Shown: one piece after another, positions 40,049-49,840 of the stretch
Layout: each line of letters opens with the position of its first letter
How positions within the stretch are numbered: the stretch's first letter is position 1
Assembly (NCBI GenBank): GCA_032986305.1
Contig: GCA_032986305.1_3672.1
Length of the DNA stretch: 64,000 nt
From: a phage
Reading direction: 5' to 3' (one strand)
Notes under the pieces: generated by a model
Seen by the model: only the letters and a program-made list of their open reading frames with translations
Told to the model about the DNA's origin: nothing
The model's database searches: none
Program-made: the position numbers and the translations under genes

Positions 40049-40726
40049 TTAGTGCGGTCCACTTGTCTCACCATCAGGGCAAGAGTGGGTATGACCTTTA
40101 TATTCTGCATAGAATGAGTCCAAATCCACACCAGCAGCAGTTATGATTCTGCCCGATGGGTCTATTGTGGCACCATTCATTCTAATATTTCCGTCCACAG
40201 CAGCTCGTAAATTGGCAGCTCCGTTGGTGAAAGAAAACTCCCCGCTGCTGTCGCACCGTAATGTCCCACCGGGTGTTTGAAGCTCAAAATCACCAGAAGG
40301 TGTAAGCTTAAAATAAACCCTATCATTCCATAACTCTACATTATCAGGATCGATCTGCAGAGCGTTAGAGTCTGAATGAACAGAGGTTATTGCCCACCCT
40401 GGAAACAGGCCGTGAGTTTGTTGATCATCATTATTGTTTTCATTTCTCTCTGAAAACTGCAATCCTACAACATCTCCAGCCTTAATAGGAAGTGTTAACC
40501 TTGCCTTCCCACTGTTTGCAGACATCACCTGGATTGGCACATCATAGATAAGAGGGTATCTCTCAACATCTCCGTCATCAAACGTGGTTTCAGCTATTGG
40601 CTGCACTGCTGCGGAGGGGATACTGTAATCTACACTGACAACTCTGGCCCTGATACTGGTGTGGTAGTCCCTCATTATTTTTTCTATAAAGGATCTTACA
40701 GCAGCATCTTTCCTATTTATTGCCAT
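40049..40726 (-). CDS. baseplate central spike protein (P2 gpV-like)
   Basis: C-terminal YKGHTHSCPDGETSGPH matches the gpV apex HxH motif (P2 gpV ends HTHKHPGDSGGTTGSP); N-terminal OB-fold-like region. Confidence 0.65.
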   Translation of the reverse strand: MAINRKDAAVRSFIEKIMRDYHTSIRARVVSVDYSIPSAAVQPIAETTFDDGDVERYPLIYDVPIQVMSANSGKARLTLPIKAGDVVGLQFSERNENNNDDQQTHGLFPGWAITSVHSDSNALQIDPDNVELWNDRVYFKLTPSGDFELQTPGGTLRCDSSGEFSFTNGAANLRAAVDGNIRMNGATIDPSGRIITAAGVDLDSFYAEYKGHTHSCPDGETSGPH

Positions 40727-41724
40727 TATACCTCCTCAGTTTTGTCAACAACTCCACCCACTGTTTCCCCAAGGCCAAGCTCTGTAGTGTAATCACCACC
40801 TTCTATGGTGCCCTTATGATGCACTGTGATCACCTTATAGAAGCCTGTGTACTGCCTGCTTTTAAGATAAATGGTGGACTCTGGGAGGATAGCTCCGTTG
40901 AGACATGTGGTTACAGTAAGACCAACATCCTCTCTCGGGTTTTTCTTTTTCTTACTTGTGCCACCTTTCGCAGCAGCTTTAGCTTTTCGTTTTTTAGCAG
41001 GTTCTGGGTTTTTAGGAGTAGGTGATCCGTGCATCCCAGATTCTGCACTTATTTCAAACACAGAATCCTTGAACCTTTTTCCAACCTTGGTCCAATACAA
41101 AGCCCCATCCTGAACGCTAAACGTCGAGTTGGTCAGCCTTGCAAACCTGCGGAGGTTCTCTGCAGTGTTTCCAGAGAAAGCCATAGAGTATTGCAAAGTC
41201 TGGTTTCCAAAACCAACAACCCTACCTTTTGGCAAGTTCATATCCTTCAGTAGGTCATTAAGCACAGAGTTCAGAGGTGTACCTTTCTGATAAGATCTTG
41301 TGCTTTGGCACTTAATGATGTTCTCAGTGCCATCCCCAAAGATGAACTTAGTTTTTCTGGTCGGGCCTTCCCATCTGTCCTCAACAAACTCTACAGTTCC
41401 AGAGAATATCAACTGGTTCTCATTATCATAGCCAGCCTCAAACATAACTGCAAGAGCATCAGCTTGATGCATATCTAGATAGTTAACTGTATCGTCAGAC
41501 AGGTTGTAAACTGTCACATAGCCTTTGTTTGGCTCTTTGGTATTGTCCTTTTGTATGTCAAACTCTATATTGGCAGCACCAGTGTCCGAACTAATCTCAT
41601 AAACTCCGGAATCACTCTCTCCTTTCTTTTCAACAGATTTTGGGATATTGGTTTTTGATTTACCGCCATGTTCTACAGGACGACCAAACAATAATCGCCA
41701 TGTTCTACGTCTGTACTCTGCCAT
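40726..41724 (-). CDS. putative baseplate hub protein (332 aa)
   Basis: Position between tape measure and spike; lysine-rich internal tract; assignment by gene order only. Confidence 0.4.
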   Translation of the reverse strand: MAEYRRRTWRLLFGRPVEHGGKSKTNIPKSVEKKGESDSGVYEISSDTGAANIEFDIQKDNTKEPNKGYVTVYNLSDDTVNYLDMHQADALAVMFEAGYDNENQLIFSGTVEFVEDRWEGPTRKTKFIFGDGTENIIKCQSTRSYQKGTPLNSVLNDLLKDMNLPKGRVVGFGNQTLQYSMAFSGNTAENLRRFARLTNSTFSVQDGALYWTKVGKRFKDSVFEISAESGMHGSPTPKNPEPAKKRKAKAAAKGGTSKKKKNPREDVGLTVTTCLNGAILPESTIYLKSRQYTGFYKVITVHHKGTIEGGDYTTELGLGETVGGVVDKTEEV

Positions 41725-42104
41725 TATTCTAACCCTTGCTGTTCCTTGTAAAGATCAACTGGGGTACCGTATACAAGTTGCAGCTCAGACCTTGCTCCAA
41801 GGTTGTATCTTCCAACCCTTCCCCAATATTGATCGTCTTTAAACGACAGCACCATCAATCTACCTTTCGGTAAATCGTCTCTGTAATGCAGTCCGTCTAG
41901 AATATCTTGACAAGCTGTTACTTTTCTAGTTACTAAAGGGCTGTCACCTACCGGACCAAGAGATAACCACCAGGACTCATCCCTCTCATTCCATTGCATA
42001 CGCATTTCATACGTCTCATTGTCTAAAACAACACGCATGGTTTGATCAGGAAAGCCGTCAATGTCCCACACAAAGGTGATTATGCACCAATCTTTAAGTT
42101 CCAT
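41724..42104 (-). CDS. hypothetical tail protein (126 aa)
   Basis: ORF with start/stop overlap to neighbours. Confidence 0.4.
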   Translation of the reverse strand: MELKDWCIITFVWDIDGFPDQTMRVVLDNETYEMRMQWNERDESWWLSLGPVGDSPLVTRKVTACQDILDGLHYRDDLPKGRLMVLSFKDDQYWGRVGRYNLGARSELQLVYGTPVDLYKEQQGLE

Positions 42105-42117
42105 TACACGCTCCCCC

Positions 42118-43029
42118 TTATTTTCCGTTAACTTTGTTGTAGTTTCCCTGCTCAGATGGGACTATGGTAGAAGGTCTTCCATATTCCTGATAATACCAAT
42201 CAGCAGCAGATTGGGTAACACCGTTTTCATCCGTCCACATCATAGATTTGTATGGCTGCCACTCTTCTGCGGCATTTGTGGATGCAGTGTCTGCAAATGC
42301 CCCTGTGTCCCTCTTGTTACCTACGTTACTGCCATTCTTACAGTCGTTGACAGCACCTTTTTGCTGGGTCTTGCCTACTTTCTTAGGGTTGCTGTATACA
42401 GTTGCATTAACAACCTTGTTCAAGTAGAATGTGCGGAACTCTGTAAGTTCTACATCAAACACCATCGCAGCACCTTCACCAACAGACTTGTTGGCAGAAA
42501 GGCTGGTTATGATGTAGTTCTCAAGGAGTCTTTCCTCGGTAACCAAAGAAACCAACTGGCGCTTATTAATGATCTCAGTCAAAGCCTCCAGTGCAGCGCC
42601 CGGTCGCATAGATGCTGCAGGGTTTTTAGAGTCAGTATTCCTGTCAATGTAGTTTTGCTCATAGATTATATGTGGTGATGTATTTACCCTGCCAGTAAAA
42701 GAAAATACACCATCTTTAATTACAGCGTGGTCTGACAGGGTAGATTTATCTTCCACCGCAAAATCAGTCTTATCAACAGTATGTTTGAAAGAGTAGTTCT
42801 CAATCTGATCGAAGATGATGGCAAGATCGTTAGTAAAGTTTTTACCCTTCATCTCCGTATTGCGACCACCATAGTTAAGACCGCTGACAAACATAGTGTA
42901 CTTTACATCGCTTTCAGTTTGCTGTTCTGCCTTTTCAGCCTTTGGAGATTTAACCTCTTGAGGCTTGTACAGGTCTTTTTCATCAACTATATTGCTTGGC
43001 ATAACCTCTCCAGGACACTCCGATACCAT
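42118..43029 (-). CDS. hypothetical tail protein (303 aa)
   Basis: First ORF downstream of the tape measure gene; start may be the internal Met (MPSNIV). Confidence 0.4.
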   Translation of the reverse strand: MVSECPGEVMPSNIVDEKDLYKPQEVKSPKAEKAEQQTESDVKYTMFVSGLNYGGRNTEMKGKNFTNDLAIIFDQIENYSFKHTVDKTDFAVEDKSTLSDHAVIKDGVFSFTGRVNTSPHIIYEQNYIDRNTDSKNPAASMRPGAALEALTEIINKRQLVSLVTEERLLENYIITSLSANKSVGEGAAMVFDVELTEFRTFYLNKVVNATVYSNPKKVGKTQQKGAVNDCKNGSNVGNKRDTGAFADTASTNAAEEWQPYKSMMWTDENGVTQSAADWYYQEYGRPSTIVPSEQGNYNKVNGK

Positions 43030-43035
43030 CTAAAT

Positions 43036-43064
43036 ATTGTATCATAAAATAGCCGTTTTTACAA
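43036..43064 (-). promoter_or_regulatory. sigma70-like promoter (minus strand)
   Basis: Minus strand TTGTAA, 17-nt spacer, TACAAT; lies between the tape-measure terminator and the next gene. Confidence 0.4.
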
Positions 43065-43067
43065 CAC

Positions 43068-43097
43068 CGATAAAATAAAGGGGGCCGGAGCCCCCCT
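43068..43097 (-). terminator. rho-independent terminator after tape measure gene
   Basis: Minus-strand GC hairpin (ggggggc-tcc-ggccccc) followed by TTTATTTTAT. Confidence 0.55.
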
Positions 43098-43109
43098 GTG
43101 TGCTGTTTA

Positions 43110-45452
43110 TTACCAAAGATCTGTTGACATAAAGTTAATATCTTTGTTATTCTCCCACTCAAGTTTTGCATCAAGTATTTTGCTAAACTCCCCCTCATCT
43201 ATTGAAATCGTGATTTTGCCATCACTGATCTCTAAAGGTAGCATTTCCATAGTTCTTAATTGAGAAGCAAAACCAGGACCACCCGGCAACGGAAGAGTCC
43301 CTCCCGGTAAGGTGTCCAAAGGATCAACAAACCCGTTACCTCCCGATATGATATCTTTGCGAATCATATCGCTGATAGTATCCAGTTGCTGATTTCTCTC
43401 ACTCAGCGGGTTGAAACGGTCATTAAATAACTCCCCGGCACTTAATATTGTACCGATAATACCAAGCTTCCCAAGCAGGCCAACTTTACCGCCAGGTGTC
43501 TTGAGGCCACCTCCCCCTTTTCCTGCCGCACCACCACCACCAGATCCTTCTGTGGTAGCTGCACCTGCACCTGCTGCTCCAGCTGCGCCTCTTATAGAAC
43601 TAAGGAATTTGAAGGTTTTTACAAGCATAGATGCCATGACAAAACCTTTTGTCAGGGCGTTCACTACCAGCATGATGGCAGCAGCAAACCCTGCCCATTT
43701 AGCATAGCTAAAGGTGTCATTAAGCTCTTCAGAATATTCCTTCGTCTTAGCTGTTATGAATCCCCATTTAATCCCCCATTCAAGGAAAAACATGCGGATC
43801 TTGACTATGGTATTGTTTAGTTCACCAACTACCCAGTTGAGGCCTCTCATAAACCCGCTAACAAAATCACCAGAGGCATCCCACACAAATTGCAAAGTCT
43901 CACCTGTGCGAATCAGTGTATAATAGAACTCTGTTAATTCATCAGCCCAACGGGTGAACAGCTTCTGACGAGATAGTTCGATGAAGGTTTTCAGCCTGTT
44001 TTCTGCCAGTACGTTAGACTTCTGCATTCTTTCATAACCAGCTGCAGATGCCTCGTTCATGTACTTAGCCACATACTTCATGATCTTGGCTGTTTTAACC
44101 TCACCTTTCTTCATCATGTCCATGAACTGATCCATGGATAGTTCAGAAAGACCAAAAGCCTCTTTGGTGGCTTTGATAAAAGGTTCGTATGCACCAGGCA
44201 ATGCTTCAGCAAGTTGTTGCTTCAGTTCTTCGGACATTACCTGTCCTTTACCGAGCATTTGCTGGATTGCCATGATGCCACGCTGGTATTTTACCTCATC
44301 GGCACCGTAAGCAGCAGCATACTGTGAGTATGCAGAGAATAGCTCATGCACCTCTTGATTTGTCATCTGGTTTTTGGCGTTTACCGCCATCTGGGCGTAA
44401 CCTTGAAGACCAGATTTGAGATCAAAACCAAGACGCATAGCCTCTTGCTGGACAAACGCAACCTCACTGTTGGCTTTGTTTGGATCTCCAGTAACAGCAG
44501 TAAGAGCAGCACTTGCCCCCTCCATCATGTGACCAGATCTGTTCACAGCAGTAAATCCAGAGAAAGCCGTATACGCAGCTGTTGCATTAATAACAGATCT
44601 ACGTAAGTCTCTCATGGCATCGCCTAGTGTAAGCGTTTGGCTGGTGGCGCTTTTAAATCCAGACTGCAGCGCTGACAGGTGGGCGTTAAAGGTTGACTTT
44701 TTCATCTCCCCGCGAGCAAACCTGGACTCTAACTCTGAGTATCCTGGCAAGCTTCCACGGAATCCGGCTCCATACTTGGCAGAAAGTCTTATCGCAGAGT
44801 TGTAGAGGTGGGTTCTCCTTGCCTCACGATCCGACATAAGCCTATTATCCATACCAGCTTTACTGTCTCTTCTTAGCTGTCTATGATAACGATTCATAGC
44901 GGCTGTTTGAGCTTTCACAAGGTTAGGGTCGGAAGCCACACCACCCATATTAGGGTTACCTGGGATATACTTGAAAGATTTGGCATTAGCCAGAACTCTT
45001 GCCTTGGGTGCCTTATAACCGCCGTAAGACACTGGTGTAGATTTGGCAGCCTTTTTGGCCTCTTTAGCTTGCTGCTGGTAGAACTTACGCATCCTAGCCA
45101 TTTCTGGATTTTTAGCGGTAAGATTACCCACAGCTTGTTTGCGTCTCGCGTTCTCCCTACGTTCTATTGCAGCCCTTACTGCAGCCTCTTTCTTGGCTTG
45201 TGCTACGCTCTCCCTGTGCAGTTTAGCATTTGCCTGAGATTGCTGTCTGGCAACCCGTTGCATTGTTTGCTGGGTTTTAACAGCCACTGCCTGCCATCTA
45301 CTCATTGGGTTGGCTGAGTTAAAATCCTCGCCAAGTTTCCTGAACTCCCTCCCAATACTGCGAATTTTCTCTACAGCTTTTTTGTAGGAGGAGTTCTCTA
45401 TCTCAAAGCCAATCTTGTTGACTGTTGTGGCAACTATTTTGTTTGTAGCCAT
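43110..45452 (-). CDS. tail tape measure protein (780 aa)
   Basis: Alpha-helical/coiled-coil N-terminal two thirds, Gly-rich hydrophobic segments near the C-terminus (GGGGAAGKGGGGLKTPGGKVGLLGKLGIIGTILSAG); follows the chaperone genes. Confidence 0.7.
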   Translation of the reverse strand: MATNKIVATTVNKIGFEIENSSYKKAVEKIRSIGREFRKLGEDFNSANPMSRWQAVAVKTQQTMQRVARQQSQANAKLHRESVAQAKKEAAVRAAIERRENARRKQAVGNLTAKNPEMARMRKFYQQQAKEAKKAAKSTPVSYGGYKAPKARVLANAKSFKYIPGNPNMGGVASDPNLVKAQTAAMNRYHRQLRRDSKAGMDNRLMSDREARRTHLYNSAIRLSAKYGAGFRGSLPGYSELESRFARGEMKKSTFNAHLSALQSGFKSATSQTLTLGDAMRDLRRSVINATAAYTAFSGFTAVNRSGHMMEGASAALTAVTGDPNKANSEVAFVQQEAMRLGFDLKSGLQGYAQMAVNAKNQMTNQEVHELFSAYSQYAAAYGADEVKYQRGIMAIQQMLGKGQVMSEELKQQLAEALPGAYEPFIKATKEAFGLSELSMDQFMDMMKKGEVKTAKIMKYVAKYMNEASAAGYERMQKSNVLAENRLKTFIELSRQKLFTRWADELTEFYYTLIRTGETLQFVWDASGDFVSGFMRGLNWVVGELNNTIVKIRMFFLEWGIKWGFITAKTKEYSEELNDTFSYAKWAGFAAAIMLVVNALTKGFVMASMLVKTFKFLSSIRGAAGAAGAGAATTEGSGGGGAAGKGGGGLKTPGGKVGLLGKLGIIGTILSAGELFNDRFNPLSERNQQLDTISDMIRKDIISGGNGFVDPLDTLPGGTLPLPGGPGFASQLRTMEMLPLEISDGKITISIDEGEFSKILDAKLEWENNKDINFMSTDLW

Positions 45453-45506
45453 GCTTTCCTCATAATAAAAAGGGCCAGATCCCAGAAAAGGAATCCGGCC
45501 CTTAGA

Positions 45507-45755
45507 TTATCCTCTCCTGCGTTTAGCTTTCGCAGCAGCTGCGGCAGCCTTCTGCTCCCGCTCCATTTCCCTGTTTTGGACGGTATCTAGGAATTCTTCG
45601 ATATCAAGATACTCACAGAGCTTCAGGAAATACGCCATATCTGCAAGATTTAGCGATTCAAAATTTTCCCCTTTGAAATTCTTGAGCACCCTGCACCAAA
45701 GAAAGTCGAACCAGTTAAGTGAACTGTTCTTGGCTGCCCACTCACTGGCCCTCAC
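45507..45755 (-). CDS. hypothetical protein (82 aa), possible chaperone extension
   Basis: ORF in the -1 frame relative to the upstream chaperone ORF and open across its stop; no convincing slippery heptamer found. Confidence 0.35.
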   Translation of the reverse strand: MRASEWAAKNSSLNWFDFLWCRVLKNFKGENFESLNLADMAYFLKLCEYLDIEEFLDTVQNREMEREQKAAAAAAKAKRRRG

Positions 45756-45766
45756 AACAACCTTGC

Positions 45767-46240
45767 TTATTCCTGCTCTTCCGGAGTCTGATCCAGATTG
45801 TTCACCTGCTGGATCATACCCATCTGCTGTAACATCTCCAGAAGGCTTCCTAAACCGTCTTGTGTGAAAAAACAGCCGTAGTTAACCTCCAGAACCTTAC
45901 CTGCCAGCTTAATCATCTCTAGCAGATGCCCTGCAAACACAACATCAGGGTTAAGCTTATCCACACCATCCACGGTAATATCTTCGAACAAGATTTTAAA
46001 TAACTCTTCAATAGAGTTGTCATCAAGTTCTTGGAACAGGTAAGCCAGGGCTGTAGGAAGGACCTCTGCCATATTCTGACCGCCTGAGAGAATAGATCCA
46101 CCGATAGCACCTAGCGGGACAGCCACAATCTTACCGATTTTAGGCATGTTTTTCATTGCTTTCATCGGTCCCCAGTGGGTGATCACAAAGTTGTGCCCTG
46201 CTAAATCAATCTCTGTTGTAGGTCTAAAATTTATAGCCAT
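45767..46240 (-). CDS. tail assembly chaperone (putative)
   Basis: 157-aa protein with acidic C-terminus, between tube and tape measure genes. Confidence 0.5.
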   Translation of the reverse strand: MAINFRPTTEIDLAGHNFVITHWGPMKAMKNMPKIGKIVAVPLGAIGGSILSGGQNMAEVLPTALAYLFQELDDNSIEELFKILFEDITVDGVDKLNPDVVFAGHLLEMIKLAGKVLEVNYGCFFTQDGLGSLLEMLQQMGMIQQVNNLDQTPEEQE

Positions 46241-46283
46241 TTTATAGCATCCTTATTAGTCATGTTGTGCACCATATTTGTGT

Positions 46284-46312
46284 ATTTTACCATGATTATG
46301 GTGCATTGTCAA
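46284..46312 (-). promoter_or_regulatory. sigma70-like promoter overlapped by an inverted repeat
   Basis: Minus strand TTGACA, 17-nt spacer, TAAAAT; the spacer and -10 are embedded in the inverted repeat tgcaccata (46268-46276) / tatggtgca (46297-46305). Confidence 0.5.
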
Positions 46313-46351
46313 TTTAACCTTTCAAGCAATTCAAGAACGTGTGTCAAAACC

Positions 46352-46384
46352 ATAAAAGCAAAAAGCCCCACCCGAAGGTGAGGC
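46352..46384 (-). terminator. rho-independent terminator after tube gene
   Basis: Minus-strand hairpin gcctcacc-ttcg-ggtggggc followed by TTTTTGCTTTT. Confidence 0.6.
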
Positions 46385-46402
46385 TTATGCTAAAGTGTGC
46401 CC

Positions 46403-46876
46403 TTAGATAATACCTGCAAGACCTGCGAGGCCAGTAAGAGCACCAGTGATGTTATCACGGTTGAGCCATGCATCCAGAATACCGATATCCCAGTCCAATT
46501 GACCTACTTCGGTTCCGTAAGTCAGGTCAGGCTGTTTCTGGATCCAACCAATTGTGGAAATACCAGGACCCTGGCTACCTTCCAGCAGAACCGGGAAGAA
46601 TACCAGGCCAGTAATCGATGCCTGTTTCTGCCAGTCAGAAAGGTAAGCGTTCCATACAGAAGTGTTCTGCAAAGATACAGTCATAACACCAGATTGGTTA
46701 CGAGACAGGGCCGCAGACATTTCGCCATCCACACCAACGTGAGGGTAGATGTTATCTTCATTTCTTGAAACAACGATCTTGGTGTCAGCAGCGAAGCCAG
46801 TGACACGCTGCTGCATCAGGTACAGTTTGACCTTTTTAGGGTCATAAGCATAAGGAGTTAAAATTTGAGTTTCCAT
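46403..46876 (-). CDS. tail tube protein (putative)
   Basis: 157-aa protein immediately after the putative sheath gene and before a strong terminator; assignment by synteny. Confidence 0.5.
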   Translation of the reverse strand: METQILTPYAYDPKKVKLYLMQQRVTGFAADTKIVVSRNEDNIYPHVGVDGEMSAALSRNQSGVMTVSLQNTSVWNAYLSDWQKQASITGLVFFPVLLEGSQGPGISTIGWIQKQPDLTYGTEVGQLDWDIGILDAWLNRDNITGALTGLAGLAGII

Positions 46877-46886
46877 CTAGTCTTCC

Positions 46887-48263
46887 TTATTCAGTCATTG
46901 CAACAGCATTGGTGGATTTAGAACCAACTTTGTCCAGAAGGACGTTGATCCGGATACGAACGAAGTGCAGGGCGTTGTTATACACCAGTTCTACTTTCAC
47001 ACCTTCCAGAACACGAGCAGCCAACTGATTGGTTGGGATCTCTGCACGTTTAGGAACTGTGATGATCGGGTCGTAGAACACATTGTTGTCTTCGTCAAAA
47101 CCTGTCAGGATCGCGCCATTCTTAATGCCAGTATTGATCGGGTTGTTCATCAGAACAGACTTGATAACCGGAAGATCATCATCAGACATCTTCATGCTTA
47201 AACCCATATTAGAGCGACGATGCATGTACCCAAACATAGATTCTTCAGATCTGAACTTGATCCAGTGTGCAAAACGAATAGCGTCTGCATACTGACCTGA
47301 AGCACACTTGCCTTCCCAGAAAGCGCCAACACCGTTAATCATTCTGTAGAAGTTAACGTGGTTTTCCCAAATCGCCATACGCTGAGTTAAAGTCAGAGAT
47401 GGTGCAATCACACCAGGCATCTGTTTTAAATGCAAGCTGTCGCCATAGGACGGATCGTTAGATGCCATAGCGCCTATGATACCACCCTCTGGAAAATCTT
47501 TATCAGCACGAGGATCGTACATGCCAACACTGTCATATTGTGCAGCCATCAGTTTGGTGGCGATGTTATTATCTTTACCCGTCACATCTTCTGCAGTAGA
47601 GTAGACATGCAGCTTGTAGTTAGCCTGAGCCCACTTAGCACATGCTTCAATGTCGGTGTGGTCTTCATGGCACAGGAAGTACCAATTGTCACGCTCAGCA
47701 TTGATCTTATCAACTACTGTAGAAGGTTTTTCAGCATTGGCGATATTTTTGATTGTATAGTTACCAGTATGGTAACCAACAGTACAGTCACCAGTGATGG
47801 TGATAACACCATCGGCAGCCTCTACAGTGATATCGTCCAAGTTATCATCTGCTTCGATCTTAGTCTTCATTGACTCTGCAATCTGAGTTGCACCTGTTCC
47901 ACCAGAGATAGGTACTATCAAAGAAGTATTGTAGCTACCTTTTGCAATAGTCATTACGACATCGGTATCAGCTGCGGCAGCAATACCTTTAAAATCTACA
48001 GTGGTCTTTTCTTTGGCCTGTCTGCCGATCATAACGTATTGTGGAGGGAATACACCACCAAAAGCTTTTGCTGCAAACTCATACGCTGCAGAGCCTTGTG
48101 CGAAACCATCTTCCACCATCTGATCCAGCTCTGCATATACGCGAGCTCGCTCAGTAAAGTTGTTGTGGATAGCGATGAACAGGGGAGTTTCGAAACCTAC
48201 AGTGTCAATAGGCTGGGTTCCGAGGTTAACTGTAACATCTACCACTTTATCTAAATATGGCAT
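46887..48263 (-). CDS. tail sheath protein (putative)
   Basis: 458-aa protein with strongly biased codon usage, located between neck genes and tube gene; contractile tail supported by gpV-like spike and gp25-like protein; no direct motif confirmation. Confidence 0.5.
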   Translation of the reverse strand: MPYLDKVVDVTVNLGTQPIDTVGFETPLFIAIHNNFTERARVYAELDQMVEDGFAQGSAAYEFAAKAFGGVFPPQYVMIGRQAKEKTTVDFKGIAAAADTDVVMTIAKGSYNTSLIVPISGGTGATQIAESMKTKIEADDNLDDITVEAADGVITITGDCTVGYHTGNYTIKNIANAEKPSTVVDKINAERDNWYFLCHEDHTDIEACAKWAQANYKLHVYSTAEDVTGKDNNIATKLMAAQYDSVGMYDPRADKDFPEGGIIGAMASNDPSYGDSLHLKQMPGVIAPSLTLTQRMAIWENHVNFYRMINGVGAFWEGKCASGQYADAIRFAHWIKFRSEESMFGYMHRRSNMGLSMKMSDDDLPVIKSVLMNNPINTGIKNGAILTGFDEDNNVFYDPIITVPKRAEIPTNQLAARVLEGVKVELVYNNALHFVRIRINVLLDKVGSKSTNAVAMTE

Positions 48264-48335
48264 TTGTTTCCTCTTAATATCTGTGCACGGATATCAAACA
48301 CGCAGTGTAATCATTACACTACACAATTATAACGA

Positions 48336-48887
48336 TTACTGACCACTGTCTGTAACCGCTTTACCAGAATTGGGTGAAGGGAAGTGTGTGGTTATTTCAG
48401 CCTTAATTCCCTGAAGATCCTCAAAAGCCCCAATGTCTGTTTCAACAAACCTTACGTTAAATGTCAGCATCACAGTGGCTCTATTTTCATACGTCTGCTT
48501 ATTCAACGGCACTCTTTGAGGTGAGATTGTTGAATTGTTAGAGTAGGCAAAGCACGATCCCAGAGGGAAATACTTGTCATAAAACATTGGAAGGTTTATT
48601 GCTTGCAATACTCTGCTAAGTGCAGCATATGCCCTGCCACGATAAGCTGTTAGCAGATAGGTAACAGTGTAGCTGTGGGTGACATAAGCATTACCCTCTG
48701 CATCTTGAAACTCATTATCTTCCCAAGTGGTAGGATTGATCGCCAAGGTTTGTAAAAGTACAAACTCACCTTCCGGCTTCGGTATGGTAGAGCTTTCTGC
48801 CAGAACTACAGTTCTTCCTGTGGCAACCTTGACAAGCTTAGCAATGGTTGTTTCAAGATCAGAAAAAACTTTTTCGAAAGCTTCCAT
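48336..48887 (-). CDS. hypothetical neck / head-tail joining protein (183 aa)
   Basis: ORF between head and tail modules. Confidence 0.4.
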   Translation of the reverse strand: MEAFEKVFSDLETTIAKLVKVATGRTVVLAESSTIPKPEGEFVLLQTLAINPTTWEDNEFQDAEGNAYVTHSYTVTYLLTAYRGRAYAALSRVLQAINLPMFYDKYFPLGSCFAYSNNSTISPQRVPLNKQTYENRATVMLTFNVRFVETDIGAFEDLQGIKAEITTHFPSPNSGKAVTDSGQ

Positions 48888-49312
48888 CAGTTTTCTCCTT
48901 CAGGCTCTTCTACCACAAAAAATCTATATCTCCCACCACCAGAGGTAACATATGCATCGCATTTTAAAACGGTAAACCATTTCAAGTCACCACGGATGTC
49001 AGGAAGTTGAATTTGATCAGCCATTGCATATGTTCCTTCATCTGGACTATACAACTTGGTTGAGGAGTAAACTGTAAAAGCCTCGTACTGTCTGTCACCT
49101 TCAGGGTTTATTTGAGAGGAGTAATCTTTGGCTGCCCTTCCTGTCAACGGCTGCACAACACACTCTAAGACATCAAACTCTTCATACTCAAGTTCTAACC
49201 CCTCGTTGGCAAAAGGGCCACCAACTGTTTTGTTATACACTCTGTGGCGACCTTTGAATGTTTTACGAGGTATTAGTCTGTTCTTTCCTATCAGCTTATA
49301 ACCTGCTGCCAC
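48887..49312 (-). CDS. hypothetical neck protein (141 aa)
   Basis: ORF, overlapping start/stop with neighbour. Confidence 0.4.
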   Translation of the reverse strand: MAAGYKLIGKNRLIPRKTFKGRHRVYNKTVGGPFANEGLELEYEEFDVLECVVQPLTGRAAKDYSSQINPEGDRQYEAFTVYSSTKLYSPDEGTYAMADQIQLPDIRGDLKWFTVLKCDAYVTSGGGRYRFFVVEEPEGEN

Positions 49313-49328
49313 TCAACCCCCTTATTTT

Positions 49329-49799
49329 TTACTGTCCGATTTTAAAGGTTGCAGATTCAAGCAGCACATCGTAATGCCGCATAGCCTCGTTGAAGCCTTT
49401 CTCTTGTGCCCACTGCTCGCTAACAGTAGGATTACTAAACTGCCCAGCCTCAATAACAAACTGGATAGCTTTGGCCCCTGTGTCCCCCATCTGCTTAAGA
49501 ATAGCCTCTGCACTTGATCCTCTAGCCATAGCTCTCAACAATTTTTCTGTCAAGGTCTGTAGTTGAGTGCTGTGAAATGCAAAGGCTGTCTCCATGAAAT
49601 TGCGAACAGGCAGCCCGTTCCAACCGAAGTTGTGAATGGCTGCCAATGTTGCCATATTTAAGCCTGACGGGTGAGGTTCGTCATAAAAGCCGTAGGTTAT
49701 TGTTTTACTTTCAAGTCTCACAAGTTCTTTGTAGAAGCGATCTAAACGCTTTAGGTTGAACCTTGTTTGACATCTAACCTTTAGCATTATATCCCTCAC
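49329..49799 (-). CDS. hypothetical neck protein (156 aa)
   Basis: ORF between head and tail modules. Confidence 0.4.
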   Translation of the reverse strand: MRDIMLKVRCQTRFNLKRLDRFYKELVRLESKTITYGFYDEPHPSGLNMATLAAIHNFGWNGLPVRNFMETAFAFHSTQLQTLTEKLLRAMARGSSAEAILKQMGDTGAKAIQFVIEAGQFSNPTVSEQWAQEKGFNEAMRHYDVLLESATFKIGQ

Positions 49800-49840
49800 T
49801 AATGTATTTTACCACAAAGATACATCAAAAGCAACAATTT

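Noticed and set aside
46887-48263. 458-aa protein as a T5-type large tail tube protein rather than a sheath
   Set aside because: A separate 157-aa tube-sized gene follows and the window has contractile-tail hallmarks (gpV-like spike, gp25-like wedge); sheath preferred, but kept at moderate confidence because no sheath motif was confirmed.
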